IMG/VR virus record: IMGVR_UViG_3300021962_000021
Location: 1-64,000 of that record
Length of the DNA stretch: 64,000 nucleotides
Strand: one strand, 5' to 3'
In this document: piece by piece, positions 52,216 to 59,692 of the stretch
How the letters are laid out: the number at the start of each line of letters is the position of its first letter
How positions within the stretch are numbered: position 1 is the stretch's first letter
Notes under the pieces: generated by a model
Told to the model about the DNA's origin: nothing
Seen by the model: the letters and a program-made list of their open reading frames with translations, nothing else
Database searches by the model: none
Made by a program: the position numbers and the translations under genes

Positions 52216-52488
52216 ATGGGATTTTGGAAAGAATTATTTAAAGACAACAATGATATCAACGAAAAATCAGTAGTTGGTTTCTTATCATTCGCATGTATGG
52301 TAATTGCATTATTCGTAGACTTGGTAACAGGTTGGATGGGTAAAGAATTATTAATTAACGAATATATTTTTAACGGATTTTTAGTAATCACATTGGGTGC
52401 ATTTGGTATCGCATCGGTTGATAAATACATCAACAGAAAAGCGGAGCATGATAAAAACAAACTGGACGCCGGTGTAGAAGAAGGATAA
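52216..52488 (+). CDS. two-TM membrane protein (holin-like candidate)
   Basis: INEKSVVGF, two hydrophobic helices, charged tail. Confidence 0.6.
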   Translation: MGFWKELFKDNNDINEKSVVGFLSFACMVIALFVDLVTGWMGKELLINEYIFNGFLVITLGAFGIASVDKYINRKAEHDKNKLDAGVEEG

Positions 52489-52504
52489 TAATTTGGTAAT
52501 ATTG

Positions 52505-52533
52505 AAAACCCTCACTTTTAGTGGGGGTTTTTT
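52505..52533 (+). terminator. intrinsic terminator
   Basis: AAAACCCTCACT / AGTGGGGGTTTT stem plus T run; resembles the 40791 terminator. Confidence 0.8.
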
Positions 52534-52543
52534 ATTTATAGGT

Positions 52544-53239
52544 ATGAAAGATTTATTAACAATTGTAATTCCTTGTAAAAATGAAAAAGATAACATATAT
52601 GAGTGTATTTCATTTATTGCAAAACAAGTGGGAAGCACAGGACTTAAAATTATTATTGCAGATAATTCCGATGAAGGTGATAGTTTAGATTTTTTATATT
52701 ATGTTCAGAGAGATTTTAAATATTCTTTAGATATTCAATTTATACAAGGTGGATTTCCAGCAAAAGCAAGATTGGAAGGTAGTAAATTAGTAGAAACACC
52801 TTATATTCTATTCTTAGATGCAGATATAATGTTACAAGATAAATTTGTATTGGGTGAATGTTTAGCATATAATACAGATTTAGTAACTGTCCCATTTCAA
52901 ACCGAAAAAGGATTCAATTGGATATTCCGATTATTTGATATTCAACAAAGAATGAGTAATTGGTTAGGAACTCCATTTGCTATTGGTGGGTTTCAATTGT
53001 GGAAAACCGAATCATATTGGAAAACTGGAGGATATGATGAAACCCATTTATTTGCAGAAGATTATTGGGTTTCACAAAAAACAGAAGTGATGAAAATACA
53101 CAATACAAAAGGTATTTGGACATCGGCTAGAAGATTTAAAAATAAAGGTTTCTTTTATATGTTTTGGTTGAGTATAAAATGTTATTTTAATAGAAATAAT
53201 TCGGAATTTTTTAAACAACATCACAATTATTGGATATGA
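52544..53239 (+). CDS. GT2-family glycosyltransferase
   Basis: IVIPCKNE, FLDADI, GGYDE, AEDY, TSARRF; probable start 52544. Confidence 0.85.
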   Translation: MKDLLTIVIPCKNEKDNIYECISFIAKQVGSTGLKIIIADNSDEGDSLDFLYYVQRDFKYSLDIQFIQGGFPAKARLEGSKLVETPYILFLDADIMLQDKFVLGECLAYNTDLVTVPFQTEKGFNWIFRLFDIQQRMSNWLGTPFAIGGFQLWKTESYWKTGGYDETHLFAEDYWVSQKTEVMKIHNTKGIWTSARRFKNKGFFYMFWLSIKCYFNRNNSEFFKQHHNYWI

Positions 53240-53306
53240 AAAAAAAGATTTATTTTAAAGAAATTTTAATTGGAACAACCATTTTAATGATAATCCTTAT
53301 TAAACT

Positions 53307-54038
53307 ATGCACTCTATAAAATACAAAGCAATTATAGTATCCGACTTACATTTAGGAACAAAAGATAGTAAAGCAGAAGAGTTTATTGAATTTTTAGAAG
53401 AACATCCAACCGAACTATTGGTGTTAAATGGTGATATAATTGATGGTTGGGCAATCAATAGAGGAAGTAAGTGGAAAAAACAACACACAAAAGTAATAGG
53501 TAAATTACTTAAACTTTCAAATAAAACACAAATCATTTGGATAAGAGGAAACCATGACGAATTTATACAAGAATTTATGGGAAACCATTTTGGCGGAATT
53601 GAAATTAGAGAAGATTATATTATCGACTTACCTAATTCTAACAAAAGTTATTATATTTTCCACGGAGATGTTATTGATGTTTTTATAACAAAATATAAAT
53701 GGTTAGCAAAAATAGGTTCAGTAGGATATGATTTTGCACTTTGGTTAAATAGATGGTATAATCGTTATAGAAAATGGAGAAACTTACCATACCAATCAAT
53801 ATCACAAAAAATTAAAAGTGGAGTAAAAGCTGCCACAAATTACATAAACGATTTTGAAACAACTGCTCTATCAATGGCATCTAAAAAAAGATGTGATGGG
53901 GTTATGTGTGGACATATTCATCAACCAGAAGATAGAATGATAAATGGACATCATTATCTTAATTCAGGAGATTGGGTTGAAAATATGACTGCTATTTGTA
54001 TAGATAAAGAGGAAACTCTATATTTATATAAAAAATAG
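53307..54038 (+). CDS. calcineurin-like phosphoesterase, LpxH2/PlcP family
   Basis: SDLHLG, NGDIIDGW, RGNHDE, HGD, CGHIH, NSGDWVE. Confidence 0.85.
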   Translation: MHSIKYKAIIVSDLHLGTKDSKAEEFIEFLEEHPTELLVLNGDIIDGWAINRGSKWKKQHTKVIGKLLKLSNKTQIIWIRGNHDEFIQEFMGNHFGGIEIREDYIIDLPNSNKSYYIFHGDVIDVFITKYKWLAKIGSVGYDFALWLNRWYNRYRKWRNLPYQSISQKIKSGVKAATNYINDFETTALSMASKKRCDGVMCGHIHQPEDRMINGHHYLNSGDWVENMTAICIDKEETLYLYKK

Positions 54039-54043
54039 TATGT

Positions 54044-54763
54044 ATGAAAAAATTATTCGTATTATTCGTTGGCTTTTTGTTAAGCAATGTTGTAGTTGCC
54101 CAAACTGTGGGAAGCACAAAAACTGAACAATATAAAGCATCATTTGAAACCGCAATTGATATTTCTAACTTTTTAGATTATGATGGACCACAAATTCCAA
54201 TCCAAATCTTAAAGTGTGGTATTTCCGATGAGATGTATGAAATGTATCCTGAACTAAAAGAGAAAAGAGTAGGATTGGGTGTAGCAAATATTTCAATGGA
54301 ATATTTGGAAAACCTTAATCGTTTCAAATTTACCGAAGATAAAACTGAAATTAAAAACAGAATGGTGCAACAATTCAAAGCATCAAACGCTGGTATTTCT
54401 GAAAACAAAATTGAAGGTAGAGGTAAAATCAATTTAGCAAAATACTTCGTAACAATCGAATGTTATGATTATTCGGTATCAGAAGATGAGACAGTGAATT
54501 TAAAAGATGGTGTTAAAAACCTAATGGTGACTCGTATCGGTTTACAGGTTAGATTTACCGATGCAGAAACAGGTGTAGTATTCGGAGCAAGTGGTTTGGG
54601 TGAGGCCAAAACTACAAGAGAATTAACTTTATTATCAGATGCAACCATTGATCCTGTTAAGTTTAACCAATCTACTATTTCTATCGCAACAAAGAAAGCA
54701 TTGGATATTGCTTGTGCTAGAATTTTAGATAGAATGATTAAAAAACAAATCTTTACTAAATAA
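54044..54763 (+). CDS. CsgG-like exported protein
   Basis: signal VVA|Q; LENLNRFKFTE, IGLQVRFTDAETG, ATKKALDIA pattern. Confidence 0.6.
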   Translation: MKKLFVLFVGFLLSNVVVAQTVGSTKTEQYKASFETAIDISNFLDYDGPQIPIQILKCGISDEMYEMYPELKEKRVGLGVANISMEYLENLNRFKFTEDKTEIKNRMVQQFKASNAGISENKIEGRGKINLAKYFVTIECYDYSVSEDETVNLKDGVKNLMVTRIGLQVRFTDAETGVVFGASGLGEAKTTRELTLLSDATIDPVKFNQSTISIATKKALDIACARILDRMIKKQIFTK

Positions 54764-54966
54764 TGATAAGATTAAGTAATTTAATTAAAGAAACAAGTGC
54801 AGACCATTCTAACGATAGGGATATGGTGGTAGGAGTTACGGAAATAATTAAAATGGTAAAAGATTTAGACAATAGAAAAGATATAGCAGTTTCAATGATG
54901 GCAAAATTCAGAAATGAAGATGTTATATTTGATAAAGATGAATTTTTAAAAATGTGTCAAATATGA
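54763..54966 (+). CDS. hypothetical protein
   Basis: 67 aa, starts MIRLSNLIKE. Confidence 0.55.
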   Translation: MIRLSNLIKETSADHSNDRDMVVGVTEIIKMVKDLDNRKDIAVSMMAKFRNEDVIFDKDEFLKMCQI

Positions 54967-55247
54967 AAAACTTACTATTAGCAGCAATATTGTTATTAGG
55001 AATAGCAAGTTGCACTCCGGTTAAATATGTAATGATTGACCCTAAAGATTCTACAAAATTGGTAGAGGTTAGAAAGAGAATTGTATATGATGATTATTAT
55101 ATGCAATCTCCATTGTTTTATAATTATTGGATAACACCACATTATAGAACACCTATTATTATACAACAACCAATTAGAGTTCCTCAACCACCGGTTAGAT
55201 ATAAACAATCAGCACCTATAAGAAAATTTGAACCACGTAAAAGATAA
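54963..55247 (+). CDS. lipoprotein
   Basis: lipobox IASC. Confidence 0.65.
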   Translation: MKNLLLAAILLLGIASCTPVKYVMIDPKDSTKLVEVRKRIVYDDYYMQSPLFYNYWITPHYRTPIIIQQPIRVPQPPVRYKQSAPIRKFEPRKR

Positions 55248-56662
55248 TGAAAAAGTGGTTAATAGGTCTTATTGTTGTTTTATTATTTGCTTTAAAAGCC
55301 AATGGACAAACCTATACCCAAACTTATGTTGATAAGTGTACCGGAGAAATTAAGATAGTTACAACATCCTATGTAAATGGTAATGCAATAGTTTCTTTTT
55401 ATAATCAAGTAAAGATATTCACACCATCGGAAGTTGCAACCGGTGTAGTTCAGGGGTGGTTAAACTCAGTTTATGCACAATATAATTCGATGGCATGCCC
55501 AACGAATCAGGTAGTAACACAGACTGTTCAAAATACAGTTACACAAGCTGCTTCACAAGCCGCATCTTCTGCAGCAAGTGCAGCTGCAAGTTCAGCGGCA
55601 TCTTCATCGGCAAGTTCGGCAGCAAGTAGTTCAGCATCATCTGCGGCATCATCATCTGCAAGTTCGGCAGGTAGTTCTGCAGCAAGTAGTGGGGCATCGG
55701 CTTCTTCATCAACACCGCCGGCAAGTAGTAGTTCATCTAGTAGCTCATCTTCATCTAGCTCAAGCAGTTCATCTTCTTCATCATCTTCGGAAAGTAAAAC
55801 TGAAACAAAGAGTGAGGGTAGTTCTTCATCATCCGAGTCAAAGAGTGAGAGTAAATCGGAAAGCAAATCGGAAGAATCAAAATCCGAAAGTAAGAGTGAA
55901 GAAAAGAAAGAAGAATCTAAATCCGAATCCAAAGAAGAAAAGAAAGAGGAAAAAAAGGAAGAGAAGAAAGAATCCAAAAAAGAAGAAAAGAAAAAATCAG
56001 GTGGATTAAACCCAATGATATTGGCATCAGATTTAACAGCGGCACAAAATCCTGATAAAAAAATGAATGCAATTTTGGGATTGGGTTGGAGTAGAGCAAG
56101 TATGGCCGGTGATGAATCATTCTCTGCAAATGCAATGATATGGAGTAATTTAAAACAATTTGCATTAGGTGGTGGTTATACTAAAATGGAATTTGATGAA
56201 GGACAATTAAAAGCAATCCATTCATATGGAACTACTGTCGCATATTTGGATGGTAACTATATGAATTTAATGAGTTACACTTATATTAAACCACATCCAA
56301 AACACGGAACATATGGTTATAATTTGGGTGTTGTGAATTTATTTATTAAAAATCCAGAAAAAGATAGATGGGAATATAATATGATTTCATCGGGTGTAGC
56401 ATTTTGGACTAAACCATACGCATATAGTAAAAAATTGACAATATCACCACAAACATTTATTTTACTATCACCAATTAGTTATAATTCTACAACAGGAAAC
56501 ACATTGGTAAATAGACATATGGGATTTTTAGTAGGAAGTTCATTTGACTATAAAATCAGTAAAAGATTTGGATTCAGCATAAACTATAAGATAGCAGGAA
56601 ACACTATGCCTGGATCTCCTATATTACATAATGTATTAATTGGAAGCAGATTAATATTATAA
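55247..56662 (+). CDS. exported protein with Ser/Ala and Glu/Lys low-complexity linker and C-terminal beta-barrel-like domain
   Basis: signal ANG|Q; alternating hydrophobic strands in the last ~220 aa. Confidence 0.65.
   Translation: MKKWLIGLIVVLLFALKANGQTYTQTYVDKCTGEIKIVTTSYVNGNAIVSFYNQVKIFTPSEVATGVVQGWLNSVYAQYNSMACPTNQVVTQTVQNTVTQAASQAASSAASAAASSAASSSASSAASSSASSAASSSASSAGSSAASSGASASSSTPPASSSSSSSSSSSSSSSSSSSSSSESKTETKSEGSSSSSESKSESKSESKSEESKSESKSEEKKEESKSESKEEKKEEKKEEKKESKKEEKKKSGGLNPMILASDLTAAQNPDKKMNAILGLGWSRASMAGDESFSANAMIWSNLKQFALGGGYTKMEFDEGQLKAIHSYGTTVAYLDGNYMNLMSYTYIKPHPKHGTYGYNLGVVNLFIKNPEKDRWEYNMISSGVAFWTKPYAYSKKLTISPQTFILLSPISYNSTTGNTLVNRHMGFLVGSSFDYKISKRFGFSINYKIAGNTMPGSPILHNVLIGSRLIL
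55546..55997 (+). repeat. low-complexity coding repeat (SSAA / poly-Ser / SESK / EEKK)
   Basis: visible in translation, synonymous codons varied. Confidence 0.9.
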
Positions 56663-56686
56663 CTTATATTTATTTTAAAATTATAG

Positions 56687-57289
56687 ATGAAAAAATTATT
56701 TACGTTATTTACACTTTTAGTTATTGGTGTTATAACATTCGCACAAGATACCGTTAGAGTTAAAAACAATGTATTCGAAGTTCTTTATTCACAATCATTG
56801 GAACAACCATTGATGATTAAATATCATTCAACAAATAGACCTACAAAGGTTAATAGAGGTGCTATGGATTTTTACAAAGAACCAAATATCAAAACATCCG
56901 ATGCTGATGATTACAAAGCAAACATATATGATAAAGGACATGGTGCACCCGCTGCAACATTCTCTGATAATATCGAAAATCTTAAACAAACATTTTCGTA
57001 TTTGAATTGTATTCTACAAGACCAATATCTTAATAGAGGTGAGTGGAGATTGTTAGAGGAACAAGAAAGAAAGTGGGATGATACTGAAAATTTAACAGTA
57101 GTAATTAAAGTTTTATTTGATAAGCCTGTTAAAAGAATACCAACAAATGCTGCAATACCAATTGTTTTACAAAAGCATATTTATTTTGAAAACCAAAAGA
57201 AATGGAAGTGTTATGTATTTTTAAATGAAAGACCTAAATATAAGTGGGAAGAATTAGAAATGATTTGCCCACCATCTGACCATAAATAA
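56687..57289 (+). CDS. exported DNA/RNA non-specific endonuclease (NucA family)
   Basis: signal TFA|Q; YDKGHGAPAA, LNRGEW..LE. Confidence 0.88.
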   Translation: MKKLFTLFTLLVIGVITFAQDTVRVKNNVFEVLYSQSLEQPLMIKYHSTNRPTKVNRGAMDFYKEPNIKTSDADDYKANIYDKGHGAPAATFSDNIENLKQTFSYLNCILQDQYLNRGEWRLLEEQERKWDDTENLTVVIKVLFDKPVKRIPTNAAIPIVLQKHIYFENQKKWKCYVFLNERPKYKWEELEMICPPSDHK

Positions 57290-57305
57290 AACAAAAATTT
57301 AAGTA

Positions 57306-57719
57306 GTGTTTAAACCAAATCATTTACACTTATTAGTGAAGGGATATATGAGCACCCCACCAAAAGAAGAAGCTCATTTGAATGAATTTTTTAAGAAATT
57401 AGTAGAGAAAGTAAGAATGGTAGTAGTTGCCGGACCAACATCCGTTTATGTTAATGAACCGGGTAATGAAGGAATAACAGGAACGGTGACATTAGCAACA
57501 TCGCATGCTAGTATTCACGTTTGGGATGCGGAAAGACCTGCAATGTTCCAATTTGATTTATATAGTTGTTCGGAATTTACAGCAGAAGAAGTATTAGAAG
57601 AATTAGATAATTGGTTTGGATTAGAATCAGCAAATTGGATAATGTTAGATAGAAATGGTGATGATTTTGATTCTATTGTATCCGGAAAATGGGAAGGGGC
57701 TGGGGTAACCACGTCGTAA
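57306..57719 (+). CDS. pyruvoyl-dependent S-adenosylmethionine decarboxylase-like proenzyme
   Basis: HLLV, GITGTVTLATSHASIHVW, FDLYSC; GTG start. Confidence 0.75.
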   Translation: MFKPNHLHLLVKGYMSTPPKEEAHLNEFFKKLVEKVRMVVVAGPTSVYVNEPGNEGITGTVTLATSHASIHVWDAERPAMFQFDLYSCSEFTAEEVLEELDNWFGLESANWIMLDRNGDDFDSIVSGKWEGAGVTTS

Positions 57720-57739
57720 ACCCAAAAATTTTTGATAGC

Positions 57740-58399
57740 ATGAGTTATTTAGTTGCGAACATACCACCAATCGAAGTGCTCATAGATAAACGATTTCTAT
57801 ACGATTTTCAAAAAGATGAGAAAGGAAACCTATTGGGAGAAGGGGAATGGGAAAAAGGGCATTGGGTAAGTGTTAAATCAATTCCTAATCGTGCACTCTT
57901 ATTTGAAACCCACATTGATAAATTCGGCGCGGTATATGATAAACTACCTATTCATGCATTTCGTTGGAGACCTCTGGACGCAAATGATAGGGTGTTTCCT
58001 TTGGATTTTCTACAACTTTGGGATTGTTTATCATACAATATATCGGTTATCGAAAAAAGGGTTTTAAGGGGTGTTAAAACCTATACCACAATGAAAGACC
58101 ATACCGTTGTCGGTGGTGATTATCTCTTTACAATTGATACAACACATTCTGACCCAAATGAAATAGATTGTGGGTGGAGTGAAACACCAAACGAACATAA
58201 GTGTTATAATATATCGAAGTTAGAAAACGGTCAATTTTGTGCACAACCAAATAATAGAACTAAATTTTATCAACCAAGTAGAACTGCTGATATAAATGAG
58301 ATACCTTATTTTAGACATTCTACAAAGATATGGTCATGTGAAGATTACGGAAAATGGCGACCTTCGGATGAAAATTGGAACTACGATACGTCTATTTAA
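57740..58399 (+). CDS. conserved phage hypothetical protein
   Basis: YLVANIPP, KLPIHAF, LQLWDC, EHKC, AQPNNR; probable start 57740. Confidence 0.65.
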   Translation: MSYLVANIPPIEVLIDKRFLYDFQKDEKGNLLGEGEWEKGHWVSVKSIPNRALLFETHIDKFGAVYDKLPIHAFRWRPLDANDRVFPLDFLQLWDCLSYNISVIEKRVLRGVKTYTTMKDHTVVGGDYLFTIDTTHSDPNEIDCGWSETPNEHKCYNISKLENGQFCAQPNNRTKFYQPSRTADINEIPYFRHSTKIWSCEDYGKWRPSDENWNYDTSI

Positions 58400-58440
58400 A
58401 AAAACTTATATTTATATAGGTAATAATTAAAACAATTAAA

Positions 58441-58620
58441 ATGGAAGAAATATTATACAAAATAACATTTTCTGGAAATGAAACTCCTGTAGAAGGTTGC
58501 GAATCTATGACAGATGAACAAGCTACTGCATGGTTGAATGAAAATCAAGAATATTTCGAAGAACCGAATGAGTCAGGCGATACTGCAAAATATATTCGTG
58601 TTCCTTTAACGGCTGAATAA
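58441..58620 (+). CDS. small acidic hypothetical protein
   Basis: 59 aa hand-read ORF after TATTTATA (58409). Confidence 0.55.
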   Translation: MEEILYKITFSGNETPVEGCESMTDEQATAWLNENQEYFEEPNESGDTAKYIRVPLTAE

Positions 58621-58679
58621 TTTCACATCTAAATTTATTCTATTTATAATTTGTTGATAATCAATGAGTTATAAATAAA

Positions 58680-58747
58680 TTTGGCGATTTCAAAAATTCT
58701 TCGTATATTTGATATTCAAATCGGTAATACTGATTTTAGTTCTTTAA
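58680..58747 (+). promoter_or_regulatory. sigma70-type promoter plus boxA-like element upstream of tmRNA
   Basis: TTTG 58680, TATATTTG 58704-58711, AGTTCTTTAA 58738-58747. Confidence 0.75.
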
Positions 58748-58752
58748 AATAT

Positions 58753-59122
58753 GGGGATGTTTGGTATTGATTGCCATGCGAATGATAATATCACAAGTAG
58801 AGAAATGATACTATCTCTTAATATCGTATCGAAACAATAAATGACGAAAAGTCAACAATGACTTACGATGACCTTATGGCATTCGTAGGTATGGATTACG
58901 CTGTAGCAGCCTAATCCTACTCGGGTCGGAATACATATAACCTAGGAACAGAAGTATCTATAAAGGTGGAAAATTGACTGAACCCAAAATCGAGTCAAAA
59001 CATTGATTATGATAAAATGTAAAAACTCATATATTTGTCAGTTGTGAATAACTGAATAAACTTGTGAGACGTTGGTATTATGATTACTCGGTAAGACACG
59101 GGTTCGACTCCCGTCATCTCCA
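58753..59122 (+). ncRNA. ssrA: tmRNA
   Basis: GGGGATG/CATCTCC acceptor stem with G3-U, T-arm GGTTCGACTCC, tag ORF 58843-58914 ending YAVAA-stop. Confidence 0.95.
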
Positions 59123-59212
59123 CAAAAACGCTAATATGTAAAGTATTGATTGTCAATAAGGCGTTGATTATCAATGAGTTATAACTTATTGATTTTCAAT
59201 GACTTAAGAAAG

Positions 59213-59221
59213 TTATCCACA
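59213..59221 (+). promoter_or_regulatory. perfect DnaA box
   Basis: TTATCCACA; single copy, function unproven. Confidence 0.4.
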
Positions 59222-59235
59222 TTTTTTAAAAAATA

Positions 59236-59306
59236 TTTGGTAGTTTAAAAAACTTTTCGTATATTTGATATTCAAATGTGAAAAACATATTTAGTTTAGT
59301 TCTTTA
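59236..59306 (+). promoter_or_regulatory. sigma70-type promoter plus boxA-like element upstream of tRNA-fMet
   Basis: TTTG 59236, TATATTTG 59260-59267, AGTTCTTTA 59298-59306. Confidence 0.75.
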
Positions 59307-59321
59307 TTTATATTATTATAT

Positions 59322-59394
59322 CGTGGGGTAGTAGCAGCGGTAGCTCGTTAGGCTCATAACCTAAAGGTCGGTGGTTCGAATCCATCCCCCGCAA
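59322..59394 (+). tRNA. tRNA-fMet (CAT), initiator type
   Basis: C1:A72 mismatch, anticodon loop CTCATAA, canonical T arm. Confidence 0.92.
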
Positions 59395-59593
59395 CAAAGT
59401 AATTAAGGTTGAAGCCAATAGTAATAAAACCGACTATGTGAAAAAAATAAAGCCGGATACCTTAATAACTTATTTTAAAAAATATTTGGTAGTTTAAAAA
59501 ACTTTCCTTATATTTACAATGTTCAAATGATATATGACCTTATAGGCGATGAAAGATACTCGGGTAGTTGATTTTGAATAAAAAATAAATAAA

Positions 59594-59692
59594 TTTGGTA
59601 GATTAATTTTTTTTTACTATATTTATTAAACATTGGGGTTGTAAATATTCTTACTAATGTAAGTTGTAAAGATTCCCCGATTAGTTCTTTAA
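59594..59692 (+). promoter_or_regulatory. promoter, hairpin and boxA-like leader
   Basis: TTTG 59594, TATATTTA 59618, GGGG..CCCC hairpin, AGTTCTTTAA 59683-59692. Confidence 0.65.

Larger units (their letters stand above)
58654..59206. repeat. palindromic TTGATnnTCAA operator-like repeats (4 copies)
   Basis: copies at 58654, 59146, 59164, 59189, three followed by TGA(G/C)TTA. Confidence 0.75.
59224..59505 (+). repeat. 33 bp exact direct repeat containing promoter -33 element
   Basis: TTTTAAAAAATATTTGGTAGTTTAAAAAACTTT at 59224-59256 and 59473-59505. Confidence 0.85.

Noticed and set aside
53236-53319. 27 aa hydrophobic ORF between the GT2 and phosphoesterase genes
   Set aside because: Plausible TM peptide but too short to support from sequence alone
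55528-56165. Alternative-frame and antisense ORFs over the Ser-rich region
   Set aside because: Artefacts of the low-complexity repeat in the 55247 gene
45781-56662. Curli (functional amyloid) operon
   Set aside because: A CsgG-like gene is present but I see no curlin repeats or CsgF/CsgE-like genes
58654-59199. FNR or Fur boxes
   Set aside because: Half-site spacing is 1 nt, not the 4 nt of FNR, and there is no full 7-1-7 Fur inverted repeat
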